NCBI GenBank assembly: GCA_022767485.1
Contig: JALEMY010000089.1
Coordinates: 1-58,112, forward strand
Direction: 5' to 3'
Length of the DNA stretch: 58,112 nucleotides
Source of the DNA: Erysipelotrichaceae bacterium
GTDB lineage: Bacteria; Bacillota_I; Bacilli_A; RFN20; CAG-631
The translations under genes and the position numbers were made by a program. Positions 10,136 through 20,748 of the stretch are shown here, one piece after another. Under the pieces are notes generated by a model. It saw nothing but the letters and a program-made list of their open reading frames with translations. It was not told the origin of the DNA and ran no database searches. Within the stretch, counting starts at the first letter, position 1. Each line of letters opens with the position of its first letter.

Positions 10136-12042
10136 GTGAATAAAATAACTTCTTTTCCTTCTTCGATTATTTCATTTGCTTTAGGTAATTGAGAAATAAC
10201 TTTATCACCATCTCCTAATATTACAAATTTAAAGTGTTTAGATTTTACATCTTTAATTGACATGTTTATATAATTATCAACCGGGTAATTTTTAATATCC
10301 ATCCAAGTATATTCAAAACTTAATTCATTATCTTGTCTACTAATATTTTTATAAGAAATTATATCTAATAATACATTTTTCATAATTGGTCCAACAATCG
10401 TTCCACCATATTGAATTAAAGAATGTGGTTTTTCCATACAAATGTAAACAACAATTTCAGGGTTACTCATTGGTAAAGCAGCAATAAAAGATAAGATGTA
10501 TTGCCCTTGCAAATACACGCCATTTTCTGCTATTTGTGCAGTTCCTGTCTTACCACCTACTCGATAATTTTCAATATATGCTTTCCTTCCAGAACCTTTA
10601 GCAACTACGCTTTCTAAAGCATAACGCATCAGTTCACTTGTTTTTTTAGATATCACATTTTCATTATCGACTATAGTAGGAATTTGATAAATTATTTCAT
10701 TGCTATTTGGCATTAAAATTGCTTTTGTGATTTTTGGTTTAAAAAGTTTGCCTCCATTAATAACACTTGAAAAAGCACGAACCATTTGTATTTGTGTTAC
10801 AGATATGCCCTGTCCAAAGGAAGTTGTCGCATTTTCTAGATTGTTATAATTTTCTTTTTTAAAGAAAATGCCACTTGATTCTCCTATTAAATCAACATTT
10901 GTTTTTTTGCTAAATCCAAACTTTTTAACATAATCGTATAGTGTATCTTTTCCAAGTCTTCTACTGATTTCTACAAATCCAGGATTTGAAGAATTCTCTA
11001 ATACTTCTAAGAATGTTTGCAAACCATGGCCACCTTTTTTCCACGATTTAATAGTAAAACCATCAACAATTTCAGTTCCATCATCATAATATTTATCTTT
11101 AAACATATCGAAAGCTTTTTCTTCAAGTCCTGCAGCATACGAAAAGACTTTAAATGTTGAACCTGGTTCATATGATTTCCAGATAGGAAGATTCCTATTA
11201 TATATTTCTTGATCATATGATTTATAATCATTTAAATTAAACGATGGATATGAACTTATCGCTAATATTTCACCATTATTTGGATCCATTGCGATAGCAA
11301 AAATACTTTCAGCTTCATATTTTAAAAAGGCATTTTTAAGTTCTCTTTCTAATATTTGTTGGATTTTTAAATCAATTGTTAATTGTATATTAAATCCATT
11401 AATTGGGGAAATAATATCACTACTATAACCATTTAACAAACGACCTTTAGCATCGAGTTTATAATTTAATTGACCTTCATTACCTTTTAATAAATCATCA
11501 TATTTACTTTCAATTCCTGCTAACCCTTGATTATCAATGCCTACAAAACCAATACTATGAGCAAGTAGTTCATTGTATGGATAATATCTTTTATTATCAT
11601 ATACTAAATATACCCCTTCAAGTCTCATTTCACTAATCTTTTTAGCTATAATATTATCAATATTTTTTCCTTCTGGGAAAATTTTTACTATCGATGTTTT
11701 CTTATTGATTTTATTATATATTTTGGATGATGATACATTTAAAACATTTGCTAAAGTGTTTGCTAGTGAATTTAAATCTTTTACTTGTGAGGGAATAACG
11801 TATATAGACATACTTGGAAGATTAGTAGCAATCTCATTTAAATTTGTATCGTATATTATTCCTCTTGAGGGTTGTAAGGGAAAACTACGATCCCAAGATT
11901 GATTAGCTTTATTATTTATATCTTGATAATTAATTATTTGTATATAAGATAATTTAGCTATTATCACAAACATTATAAAATATATAAACAATTTATAATA
12001 ATTAACTTTTTTTTTAATATTTTGATGAACCATTTTTATCAC
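10132..12042 (-). CDS. Class B penicillin-binding protein (FtsI/PBP2B/SpoVD family) with a C-terminal PASTA domain
   Basis: N-terminal TM segment, and the motifs STFK, SSN and KTGTA. Its stop overlaps the murE start (ATGTGA). Confidence 0.9.
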   Translation of the reverse strand: MIKMVHQNIKKKVNYYKLFIYFIMFVIIAKLSYIQIINYQDINNKANQSWDRSFPLQPSRGIIYDTNLNEIATNLPSMSIYVIPSQVKDLNSLANTLANVLNVSSSKIYNKINKKTSIVKIFPEGKNIDNIIAKKISEMRLEGVYLVYDNKRYYPYNELLAHSIGFVGIDNQGLAGIESKYDDLLKGNEGQLNYKLDAKGRLLNGYSSDIISPINGFNIQLTIDLKIQQILERELKNAFLKYEAESIFAIAMDPNNGEILAISSYPSFNLNDYKSYDQEIYNRNLPIWKSYEPGSTFKVFSYAAGLEEKAFDMFKDKYYDDGTEIVDGFTIKSWKKGGHGLQTFLEVLENSSNPGFVEISRRLGKDTLYDYVKKFGFSKKTNVDLIGESSGIFFKKENYNNLENATTSFGQGISVTQIQMVRAFSSVINGGKLFKPKITKAILMPNSNEIIYQIPTIVDNENVISKKTSELMRYALESVVAKGSGRKAYIENYRVGGKTGTAQIAENGVYLQGQYILSFIAALPMSNPEIVVYICMEKPHSLIQYGGTIVGPIMKNVLLDIISYKNISRQDNELSFEYTWMDIKNYPVDNYINMSIKDVKSKHFKFVILGDGDKVISQLPKANEIIEEGKEVILFT

Positions 12043-12080
12043 ATTTTAATATATGAAAAAAATAATAAAAAAATACTATA

Positions 12081-12113
12081 AAAAAACTGACTTGGTTATT
12101 AAAACCAAATCAG
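12081..12113 (-). terminator. Rho-independent terminator after the 12127..13602 gene
   Basis: Minus strand reads CTGATTTGGTT-loop-AACCAAGTCAG followed by a T-run, 14 nt after the stop. Confidence 0.65.
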
Positions 12114-12126
12114 CTTATACTTCTTA

Positions 12127-13602
12127 TTACATAAATTCCATTTTTTCATCATCATCAGATGAAACTTTATCATTTTTAATAATTCTTGTACCAGTATCAA
12201 CCTTTGATAAATCAACCTTATCTTCATTTTCTTTATCAACGTCGATAACTTGTTCATCATAATTACTAGCAATTTTAAGAGCTTGTTTGTGTGCTTTTAT
12301 TATTTCAACTATTGCATAGATAAATGTTCTAATAGATAAAATACCGATAAAGCTCCAAATTCCTACGCTTACTGCAACAACACCTGAGGTAATAAATGAT
12401 AAAATCATCGCAATGATACCACTAAGAGCAGAAGTAACAATTAAGAAAGAAGAAACGATTTTGAAGCAACCAAGATATTTTTCATCAGGAATATCTTTTT
12501 TGATTTTAAACAAACAATAAATAAATAATGCTAATATTGCCATTACAATAATAAATTTTGGTATATATGTAATGATATTTATAAGTAAGTTTAATGTTCT
12601 ACTAGCTGAGGCAGAATCATATAAGATTGCATATAAATAATCCACGTTATTTTCAATAGCTTTTAAAGAAGAACTATGAGTGTCAAACAATGAAAAATTG
12701 TCATCTAATGAGTCATATAAACCAGCATACATTACTACGATGCCTTTATCATTAGTAAATGAAATTATTGAATATACATCAGTAATTAATAAGAAATTAT
12801 TATAATTATATTCTCCTGTTTCTTGATCATAAGATGTGAATGTATATTGATAATAATAAGATAAATTTGGACACAATGAAATGTTATAATAAACCTTAAT
12901 ATAAAATTCATATAAATTGTTTTTATATTCAAGAGAATTTTTATCCATTTCAGAAATATTTTTCCATGTTTCTTTTAATGTATCAGTGGCATCTTCAATA
13001 AATTCATCTGTAATAAATTTTTCAAATTGTGTGAATTGTTCTGTCGTAAATGTAGAAATATCTATTATTTCATTACTTGGAGTTAATGTCCCTTGATAAT
13101 CTTTTTTATTATCAACTTCTAAGTATTCTTCATAAGTAAGTACATCATCTGGATCGGATGTATTTTTCATAATTACTTCAAAATTAACCCATAATTTTTC
13201 AGTATCCCTAGTATCGATAATTACATCATAATTATAGACATCTTTATATTTAGCCTTATCTGCTTCATTATTATATGTGTCAATATGCACTTTATTAGTC
13301 TTATCATAGCCATAATAGGCAACAATTGATTTTGTGTCATCATCTTTAATATTAACTGATAGATTAATTCTTTCATTAACATTTTCATTGCTAAAAAGAT
13401 TATAAGACATTTCTTTGAAATCACTAGCATTATTATAATGAATATTAAATGAATAATTAAAACCAATTGAGAAAAAAGCTGTCAATAAAATCCATAGACA
13501 AAACAAGGCAAAAATGACATTCCAAAATGATCTTTTAGCTCCTTCTTTAGCAAGTTTATTTGTTGCAAAACTACAAAAAGTAAATTTTAACCAATTTAGC
13601 AT
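12127..13602 (-). CDS. Uncharacterised membrane protein: N-terminal TM, about 300-aa extracytoplasmic domain, C-terminal TM bundle and acidic tail. Possibly DUF1189-like.
   Basis: Long ORF with its own terminator. Hydrophobic segments occur near residues 25-50 and 335-430. The N-terminus, MLNWLKFTFCSFATNKLAKEGAKRSFWNVIFALF, resembles DUF1189 N-termini; this is recollection only. Confidence 0.55.
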   Translation of the reverse strand: MLNWLKFTFCSFATNKLAKEGAKRSFWNVIFALFCLWILLTAFFSIGFNYSFNIHYNNASDFKEMSYNLFSNENVNERINLSVNIKDDDTKSIVAYYGYDKTNKVHIDTYNNEADKAKYKDVYNYDVIIDTRDTEKLWVNFEVIMKNTSDPDDVLTYEEYLEVDNKKDYQGTLTPSNEIIDISTFTTEQFTQFEKFITDEFIEDATDTLKETWKNISEMDKNSLEYKNNLYEFYIKVYYNISLCPNLSYYYQYTFTSYDQETGEYNYNNFLLITDVYSIISFTNDKGIVVMYAGLYDSLDDNFSLFDTHSSSLKAIENNVDYLYAILYDSASASRTLNLLINIITYIPKFIIVMAILALFIYCLFKIKKDIPDEKYLGCFKIVSSFLIVTSALSGIIAMILSFITSGVVAVSVGIWSFIGILSIRTFIYAIVEIIKAHKQALKIASNYDEQVIDVDKENEDKVDLSKVDTGTRIIKNDKVSSDDDEKMEFM

Positions 13603-13778
13603 ATTTAAATCACCAAGTAAAAAAATTACTATCCTTTCAACTTTTATTTATTTTATCATATTATGCATAAAATAAAAACATTTTCTTTTTATTAAAAAAG
13701 AAAATAATCATATTTAATTAAAATGGATTGAATATTTTTATTATATTTATTATAATAAAGTCGTCTGGAGGCATTATT

Positions 13779-14255
13779 ATGGAAAAAATTAAAAATATTC
13801 GTTTATATGCAGCATTATCTATTGGTGCATTAATTACTGTATTATCTTTGACTTGGTTATTATTAATAGATTTAAAGATAAAAGTATCTTCTTTATGGCT
13901 TATTGAAGTTGTGCTATTTTCATTAATTCCAGGACTTCTAATCATCGCTACAGGTCTTTCTGCTACTGATGATACAAAAATAAAAAGTATTATTTTCAAC
14001 ATTTTAGCAATTGTTTTAATTATTCCATTTTTCATCTTCACATTGTTGCTATCAAAAGAGGAATCAATTCAAGTTAATATAATTAAATTCATGCCTAATT
14101 TTCAAAATGTAGTAACACTTTTTATAGTTTTATTTTCGATTTTAACTGTATTAATGATTGCTCTTCTTTCGTTAAATATTTATCTAAAATTTAAAGAAAA
14201 TGATGAAGAAGAAAGGAATTTAAAAGAATTAAATAAAGCAAAAAATGAAGAATAA
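13779..14255 (+). CDS. Small polytopic membrane protein of unknown function
   Basis: The start at ATG 13779 follows a GGAGG SD (13767-13771). About 4 TM helices and a charged C-terminal tail. Confidence 0.6.
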   Translation: MEKIKNIRLYAALSIGALITVLSLTWLLLIDLKIKVSSLWLIEVVLFSLIPGLLIIATGLSATDDTKIKSIIFNILAIVLIIPFFIFTLLLSKEESIQVNIIKFMPNFQNVVTLFIVLFSILTVLMIALLSLNIYLKFKENDEEERNLKELNKAKNEE

Positions 14256-14267
14256 TCTTCATTTTTT

Positions 14268-15077
14268 TTAATGTGTTGCTAAATTATAATTATATTTTCT
14301 AATTTTGTGTTCCATCAATAATTTGTCAGCTATCATAGCAATAAATTCTGAATTTGTTGGTTTTGCTTTATCAGCGCTAATCGTATAACCAAAGATATTA
14401 TCAATATAATCGATGTTTCCTCTATTCCAAGCCACTTCAATTGCGTGTCTTATTGCTCTTTCAACCCTTGATGATGAGGAAGCAAACATATTAGCAATAT
14501 CTGGATATAATAATTTTGTTATTTGTCCTAAATAATTTTGATCATTATATACTTTTATTATCGCTTCTTTTAAAAAAGTATAGCCCTTAATATGTGCTGG
14601 AATACCAACATCATGTAAAATACTAGCAATTTCATGTTCTAATATCGATTTGTCAATCGGCATATATTGATTGTTTAATGAAATAATATCATTGCTATAA
14701 AAGTTTGAATAATCCTTTATGCATGTTTTAAATAAACTTTCATTTAAAGGTTTTATAAAAAATTCTGACACGTGATAATTACCCATCAATTTATATAATT
14801 CATCACTGCAAAATTTACCAGTGCAAAATACTTTATTTATTCTTTGACTAAATTGGTCTATTTTTTTAAATAAAGCTAATGGAATATAATCTTTCATAAA
14901 TATATCAATTATAAGTAAATCAATTGATAATCTATTATTTTCCATAAAGTCAAAAAAAGAAATGGCGCTAGTAAATTTTTTAAAAACATAAAACTTAGAA
15001 TCAAAATCAAATACTCTTTCAAACAATCTAATGTCTTCAATGCTATTATCTACTATAACTACTTTAAAATCGCTCAT
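14268..15077 (-). CDS. spo0A: Sporulation master regulator Spo0A
   Basis: The C-terminal domain carries the Spo0A-specific motifs [34 protein letters not shown] and [16 protein letters not shown]-terminal receiver domain; located next to spoIVB. Confidence 0.95.
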   Translation of the reverse strand: MSDFKVVIVDNSIEDIRLFERVFDFDSKFYVFKKFTSAISFFDFMENNRLSIDLLIIDIFMKDYIPLALFKKIDQFSQRINKVFCTGKFCSDELYKLMGNYHVSEFFIKPLNESLFKTCIKDYSNFYSNDIISLNNQYMPIDKSILEHEIASILHDVGIPAHIKGYTFLKEAIIKVYNDQNYLGQITKLLYPDIANMFASSSSRVERAIRHAIEVAWNRGNIDYIDNIFGYTISADKAKPTNSEFIAMIADKLLMEHKIRKYNYNLATH

Positions 15078-15115
15078 TAATTTTTCCTCCTATATAAAGT
15101 ATAAAAATATATGTT

Positions 15116-15157
15116 AAAAAATAAAAAGCATTTATTACAATATATGCAAATAAATGC
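15116..15157 (-). terminator. Rho-independent terminator after spoIVB
   Basis: Minus strand reads GCATTTAT-14 nt loop-ATAAATGC followed by TTTTTATTTTTT. Confidence 0.55.
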
Positions 15158-15192
15158 CATTATTTGATATTTTTTTTACAAAGAGGAATTAT

Positions 15193-16191
15193 TTATCCCA
15201 TTTTTGCTGCTTCCATCATGAAATCTATATAAATTCCATACCCTTTTTTGACAGAATCTACTAAAACATGAGTAACAGCTCCGACAATTTTTTCATTTTG
15301 AATTATCGGTGAACCACTCATTCCTTGAACTATTCCACCTGTTTCTTTAAGTAATTCTTTATCAATTATTTTAAAAGAAATTCCTTTAGTTGATAATGTA
15401 TCTTGTTTCATTAATGAAGTAATTTCTATATCGTATTGCTCAACAATATTATCATGTAACGTAGTAAAAATAGTTGCTTTACCTAGTTTTACTTCATCAT
15501 GACGTGCAATTTCTAAAGCATCCTTATCTGGTGAATAATCATAATATCCAAATATTCCATATTCAGTATTTGCAAATACATCACCTAAGACATTATCTTC
15601 ATCAATGCTAGCTATTAGTTCACCAACATTTCCAATCGATGATTTATGAATAGATGTAACTTTACTTTCAAATATTGTTCCAGAATTTATATCAGCAATC
15701 GAAGAAAAATCATTATCGACTAATTTATGGCCTAAAGCACCATATATTTTACTTTCAGGATCATAAAATGTTATCGTTCCTATACCTAATAATCTTTCTT
15801 TTACTAAAAGACCAGTTTTAAATGTTGGAACATTTTGCATTTTTATGAGTTTTAATTCTTTTTTAATAGGATTATTATTTCTTAAAATAGATAGAGTTAC
15901 TTTTCTATCATTTTGATATCTTTCAATGATATTTAATAATTCTTGAATATTATTTATATCTTCATTGTTAACTTGATATATTAAATCTCCCTTTTTAATA
16001 TCACTATCTTTACAAGGATTATATTTTATTGATTCATTATATACATCATAGCCGCCAATAACTACAACGCCATTAGCTCTTATTTCCACGCCAATATTTT
16101 CTCCACCTGGTATTAATGATATTACTTGTTTTGAAATATCAGTAAATGAATTCATTAATGACAAAATAATAGAAATTATTAATGCTTTCAT
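15193..16191 (-). CDS. spoIVB: SpoIVB signalling serine peptidase (S55)
   Basis: Signal anchor, PDZ-like region and the GIVQGMSGSPI serine motif; recN-spoIVB-spo0A synteny. Confidence 0.88.
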   Translation of the reverse strand: MKALIISIILSLMNSFTDISKQVISLIPGGENIGVEIRANGVVVIGGYDVYNESIKYNPCKDSDIKKGDLIYQVNNEDINNIQELLNIIERYQNDRKVTLSILRNNNPIKKELKLIKMQNVPTFKTGLLVKERLLGIGTITFYDPESKIYGALGHKLVDNDFSSIADINSGTIFESKVTSIHKSSIGNVGELIASIDEDNVLGDVFANTEYGIFGYYDYSPDKDALEIARHDEVKLGKATIFTTLHDNIVEQYDIEITSLMKQDTLSTKGISFKIIDKELLKETGGIVQGMSGSPIIQNEKIVGAVTHVLVDSVKKGYGIYIDFMMEAAKMG

Positions 16192-16246
16192 AATTTACCT
16201 CCTACTTTTATTATTAAGCAGGAAATTTTTATATAATATTCATAAA

Positions 16247-17893
16247 TTATTTGGAAGAAATTAACTCTTTAGCAGCATTTATAAAACTATCAGACATTTG
16301 ATTACCAGATAGTAGTCTTGCAACTTCTTTAGTTTTTTCTTCAATATCTAACTGTTTTACAATAGTATTTGTATGATTATTATTACTTTCTTTATAGATA
16401 TAAAAATGATTATCGCTTAAAGCAGCAACTTGTGGTAAATGAGTAATTGCCAAAACTTGAGAATTTTTAGCAATTTTTGCCATTTTTTGGCCCATTGCAA
16501 AAGCAACTTTACCAGAAACACCTGTATCTATTTCATCAAAAATTATTATATCGATATTAGATAAGGTCGTAAATACGCTTTTTAATCCAAGCATTATACG
16601 ACTAACTTCTCCACCAGAAGCCACTTTATTTAATGGCATTAAAGGAACACCTTTGTTTGTCGAAAGATAAAATGATACTAAATCGATGCCATCTTGATTC
16701 AATGTATCTTTAAGTTCAAAATTGATAGAAAAAGAAGCATCAGGTAAATATAAGTCAGATAACTCTTTTGAGACATTTAAAGATAATATAGAGGAATATT
16801 TTTTACGAATATTGCTAATATTATGTGCCTCTTTTAATGCTTCATTATATAATTCATCACGTTTTTTTTCTAATTTAGATAACTGGATTTCTTTATTTGT
16901 CGCACTTTCAATTTGCTCATATAATTTATTTTTATAGGCTAAAAGATTATCTACATTATACTTTCTTTTCAAACGATTAATTTTAGTTATTTCATTTGAT
17001 AATTTATCTAGTGAAGATAAATCAATTGTCGATGATGAAAAAGAATTTTTAAAATCTTGCGTTAAATCGTATAAATCTAAATATAATGAATTAAATTTTT
17101 CATAGTATTCATTAATCTTACTATTCGCTGATAATTTATTTAATTGTTTTATCATTTTATATAATGAGGAATTAACACCATAATTATCATTTTCAAAAAG
17201 ATCAATTATTTCATCAAAAGCAGCCACATTTTGACTATATGAATTTAAATTTTTATATTCCAAAAAGATATTATTTTCATCTTCTAAAGTATAATTGTAA
17301 TCTTTAAGTTCATTATATTTATATTTTAGAAATTCAAGTTCATCTTCACTTATAGATAAAGACATTAGTTCATCATATTGATTTTTTACATTTAAATATT
17401 CTTGATAAAGTTTACGATATTTTGCTAAGAAATCACCTTCATGTGAGAAAATAAATTTATCTAATAATCTTAAATGATTTTTTTGATTAAATAAAAATTG
17501 ACTTTCATTTTGTGAAGAGATATCTATCAATAAATTACTAATTTGATTAACGACATAAAGTGGAACTATCATCCCGTTAATTTTTATGACACTTTTTAAA
17601 GGAGATATTACTCTAGTAATAATAAATTCATCAAAAACATCGATATTAAATTCCTCTAAGATTTTTTTAGCTATTTCTTCGTTTAAATATAAGGCAGCAG
17701 AAATATAAGCGCTATCTTTGCCATAAGCTATTAAATCACTACTTGCTCTTGCCCCAAAAACAAGATTGATGGCATCGATAATAATGGATTTACCAGCACC
17801 AGTTTCACCAGTCATAACATTAAATCCATAATCAAAATCAATAGTTATATCATCTATTATAGCTAAGTTTTTTATCGTTAATTGTTTTAACAT
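16247..17893 (-). CDS. recN: DNA repair protein RecN
   Basis: Walker A GETGAGKSIIIDAI, a long coiled coil, the SGGE signature and a Walker B IIFDEIDTG. Confidence 0.95.
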   Translation of the reverse strand: MLKQLTIKNLAIIDDITIDFDYGFNVMTGETGAGKSIIIDAINLVFGARASSDLIAYGKDSAYISAALYLNEEIAKKILEEFNIDVFDEFIITRVISPLKSVIKINGMIVPLYVVNQISNLLIDISSQNESQFLFNQKNHLRLLDKFIFSHEGDFLAKYRKLYQEYLNVKNQYDELMSLSISEDELEFLKYKYNELKDYNYTLEDENNIFLEYKNLNSYSQNVAAFDEIIDLFENDNYGVNSSLYKMIKQLNKLSANSKINEYYEKFNSLYLDLYDLTQDFKNSFSSSTIDLSSLDKLSNEITKINRLKRKYNVDNLLAYKNKLYEQIESATNKEIQLSKLEKKRDELYNEALKEAHNISNIRKKYSSILSLNVSKELSDLYLPDASFSINFELKDTLNQDGIDLVSFYLSTNKGVPLMPLNKVASGGEVSRIMLGLKSVFTTLSNIDIIIFDEIDTGVSGKVAFAMGQKMAKIAKNSQVLAITHLPQVAALSDNHFYIYKESNNNHTNTIVKQLDIEEKTKEVARLLSGNQMSDSFINAAKELISSK

Positions 17894-18696
17894 GTTTTCA
17901 CCTTCAATACATTTTCTGCTTCATTTACAATTTTATTATAATCTACATTAATCCCTACTTGATTATTTTTCAAATAAAATAAAAATTCAATATTTCCCTC
18001 TTTAAAGCCAACAATAGGAGAATAAGTCATGTTGATAACTCCAATTTTCTCACTTTTTAAAAAACAATCAAATTGCGTTAATGCTTCGATCAAAAACTTT
18101 TTATTTTTTACAACACCTTTACTATTTAATTTACTTTTTCCAACCTCAAATTGCGGTTTGAATAATATTATTATAGTGAAATTACCATCAAAATTCTTTA
18201 AAGTTTTTAAAATAGTTCGTATGGAAATAAATGAAACATCACAAACATATAAATCTATAGGATCTTTTATTATATCTTTATTAACATCTTTAAAATTAGT
18301 GTTTTCAAGACATACTATTTTAGCATTATTTCTTAACTCATCAGATAATTGATTACTTCCAACATCTAAACTATAAACTTTTTTAGCATTATGTTTTAAA
18401 CAACAATCACTAAAACCACCAGTTGATGCACCAATATCTAATATAATATAATCATTCATATTAATATCAAACATATTGATTGCTCTTTCAAGCTTTAAGC
18501 CTCCTCGAGAAACATATTTTAAAACATCGCTTTGTAAAATTATTATTTCGTCACTTATAGAAACTAAAAAAGAAGGCTTAATAATAATTTTTTTATTAAC
18601 CATAACTTTTTGTGATTTAATAAGTTCTAAGGCTTTACTCCTTGAAGGAGCATAACTATTTTCAACTAAAAAAACATCTAATCTATTCTTTTCCAT
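17887..18696 (-). CDS. tlyA: TlyA/YqxC-family rRNA 2'-O-methyltransferase (S4 plus FtsJ domains)
   Basis: RLDVFLVE S4 motif, the SAM motif LDIGASTGGFSD, and the position between dxs and recN. Confidence 0.88.
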   Translation of the reverse strand: MEKNRLDVFLVENSYAPSRSKALELIKSQKVMVNKKIIIKPSFLVSISDEIIILQSDVLKYVSRGGLKLERAINMFDINMNDYIILDIGASTGGFSDCCLKHNAKKVYSLDVGSNQLSDELRNNAKIVCLENTNFKDVNKDIIKDPIDLYVCDVSFISIRTILKTLKNFDGNFTIIILFKPQFEVGKSKLNSKGVVKNKKFLIEALTQFDCFLKSEKIGVINMTYSPIVGFKEGNIEFLFYLKNNQVGINVDYNKIVNEAENVLKVKTC

Positions 18697-20524
18697 AATC
18701 ACTAATAATATCGTTTAAAACCGTTTCTTCATCTAATTTTAAATACTTTAAAACATCTTGATATTTACCATGTTTGATGTATTTATTTGGTAAACAATAA
18801 TGCTTAATAATTTTATTATATCTACTATAATAATCCATTATAGCACTTGTAAATCCATCGAATACGGATGTATTATCGTAAACATAAATTTTAGTGTTTA
18901 TAATCATATTTAATGTTTCACAATCAAGTGGTTTTAAAAAAATAGGATTTATTAAATTAAAAGGTAGATTATTTTTAATAATCATTTCTTTAATTATTTC
19001 TAGTGAATGTCCCACCACAATTATTGAAACTGGATTTTTAACATCGAATAATTCAATGATAAATTTTGCAAATGAAACATCACATATATCATCATTTTTC
19101 TTACAAACCATCTTTTGATATCGAACAAATTTTGGGCCTTTAATCGTCTCAAAACATTTTAAAATTCCTTTTAAATTTGAAGGATTAGTTGGACAGGCAA
19201 TAATTGAATTTTCCAAAGGATATAAAAATGAAACATCAAAAACTCCCTGATGAGTTTTACCATCCTCACCAACAATACCAGCACGATCAACTAAAAAAGT
19301 CATATTTGAATTAATTCTACAAACATCATGAACAATTTCATCGTATCCTCTTTGCATAAATGTAGAATAAAAAGAAACGAATGGATATTTATTATTAAGT
19401 GCTAAGCCATTGGCAAAACAAACAGCATGTTCTTCAGAAATGCCAACATCAACACATTGGTTTTTAAAATCATTAAAACATTTTGTTAATGAAGTATTAT
19501 AAACCATAGCTGATGAGATTAAATAAGAATTCTTATCATTTTTTAACTTTTCATACATATAGTTTGCAACTTCATTAGTAAACGTTGTTTCATCATTTTT
19601 TAATGTATTGATAATCTCTCCACTATCCTTATTAAACTTTGATACTCCATGGTATTTTCCAACAACATCGTTTTCAGAAAATTTATAGCCATAGCCTTTT
19701 TTAGTTCTTACATGAACTAAAATCGAAGATTTATAATCTTTTGCCTTTTTCAAAGCTTTTTCTAATTTTTTAACATTGTGTCCATCGATAGCTCCAAGAT
19801 ATGAAATTTCAAAATTATCAAATAAATTATCAGATCTAATTATTAAAGCTAATCTATGCATGAAACGAACAACGAAATCTACAAACTTAGGATGATTCTT
19901 AAAAACTTTTAAAAACCAATCTTTAAAATTAGAATAAACCTTGGATGTTCTAATTTTGCCTAAAGATTTATTCATTGCACCTACTGAACGATTAATAGAC
20001 ATATTATTATCATTTAAGATAATAATAATCTTATGATTATTTTCCAATAAATTATTTAATGCTTCAAAAGCAATGCCATTTGCAATTGAGGCATCTCCTA
20101 TCACACAAATTATTTGATAGTTTTCATTATTTGCATCTCTTGCAGTCGCCATTCCCATGGCTGTAGATATTGATGTAGAAGAATGACCAGACTCAAATAT
20201 ATCATATTTACTTTCACTACTAGATAAAAAACCAGATAAACCATCAATTTGCCTTAAAGTATCAAATTGATTAGCTCTACCAGTTAATATTTTATGGGTA
20301 TATGCTTGATGTCCAACATCAAACAAAATCTTATCATTATCAAAATCAAATATCTTATGTAACATTAATATAAGTTCGACATCGCCAAGATTTGAAGATA
20401 GATGACCGCCTGTTTTAGAAATATTATCAACAAGAAAACAACGAATATCTTTTGCAAGTTCGTTCATTTCTTTATTATTAAGTTGTTTTAAAAAATGATC
20501 ATTTTTAATTTCTTTAATATTCAT
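18683..20524 (-). CDS. dxs: 1-deoxy-D-xylulose-5-phosphate synthase
   Basis: GGHLSSNLG, DVGHQAYTHKILTGR and GDASIANG (TPP-binding) motifs. Confidence 0.95.
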   Translation of the reverse strand: MNIKEIKNDHFLKQLNNKEMNELAKDIRCFLVDNISKTGGHLSSNLGDVELILMLHKIFDFDNDKILFDVGHQAYTHKILTGRANQFDTLRQIDGLSGFLSSSESKYDIFESGHSSTSISTAMGMATARDANNENYQIICVIGDASIANGIAFEALNNLLENNHKIIIILNDNNMSINRSVGAMNKSLGKIRTSKVYSNFKDWFLKVFKNHPKFVDFVVRFMHRLALIIRSDNLFDNFEISYLGAIDGHNVKKLEKALKKAKDYKSSILVHVRTKKGYGYKFSENDVVGKYHGVSKFNKDSGEIINTLKNDETTFTNEVANYMYEKLKNDKNSYLISSAMVYNTSLTKCFNDFKNQCVDVGISEEHAVCFANGLALNNKYPFVSFYSTFMQRGYDEIVHDVCRINSNMTFLVDRAGIVGEDGKTHQGVFDVSFLYPLENSIIACPTNPSNLKGILKCFETIKGPKFVRYQKMVCKKNDDICDVSFAKFIIELFDVKNPVSIIVVGHSLEIIKEMIIKNNLPFNLINPIFLKPLDCETLNMIINTKIYVYDNTSVFDGFTSAIMDYYSRYNKIIKHYCLPNKYIKHGKYQDVLKYLKLDEETVLNDIISDYGKE

Positions 20525-20526
20525 TA

Positions 20527-20748
20527 TTACTCTTCTACTTTAAAATCTTCTTCTTTACCGTTTTTAATAATTTTAGCAACTTTTTCTTCAACGTTAGTTA
20601 ATTTTTCTTCACAAATTTTAGCATATTTAATTCCTTCTTCAAATAAAGAAAACGCTTCATCAAGTTTTACTTCACCACTTGATAGTTTATTTACTGAATT
20701 TTCAAGTTTTGCTAAAGCTTCTTCAAAACTAATTTCCTTAATATCCAT
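20527..20748 (-). CDS. xseB: Exodeoxyribonuclease VII small subunit
   Basis: 73-aa helical protein with FEEALAKLE..V.KLSSGEV.LDEA, immediately after xseA. Confidence 0.9.
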   Translation of the reverse strand: MDIKEISFEEALAKLENSVNKLSSGEVKLDEAFSLFEEGIKYAKICEEKLTNVEEKVAKIIKNGKEEDFKVEE

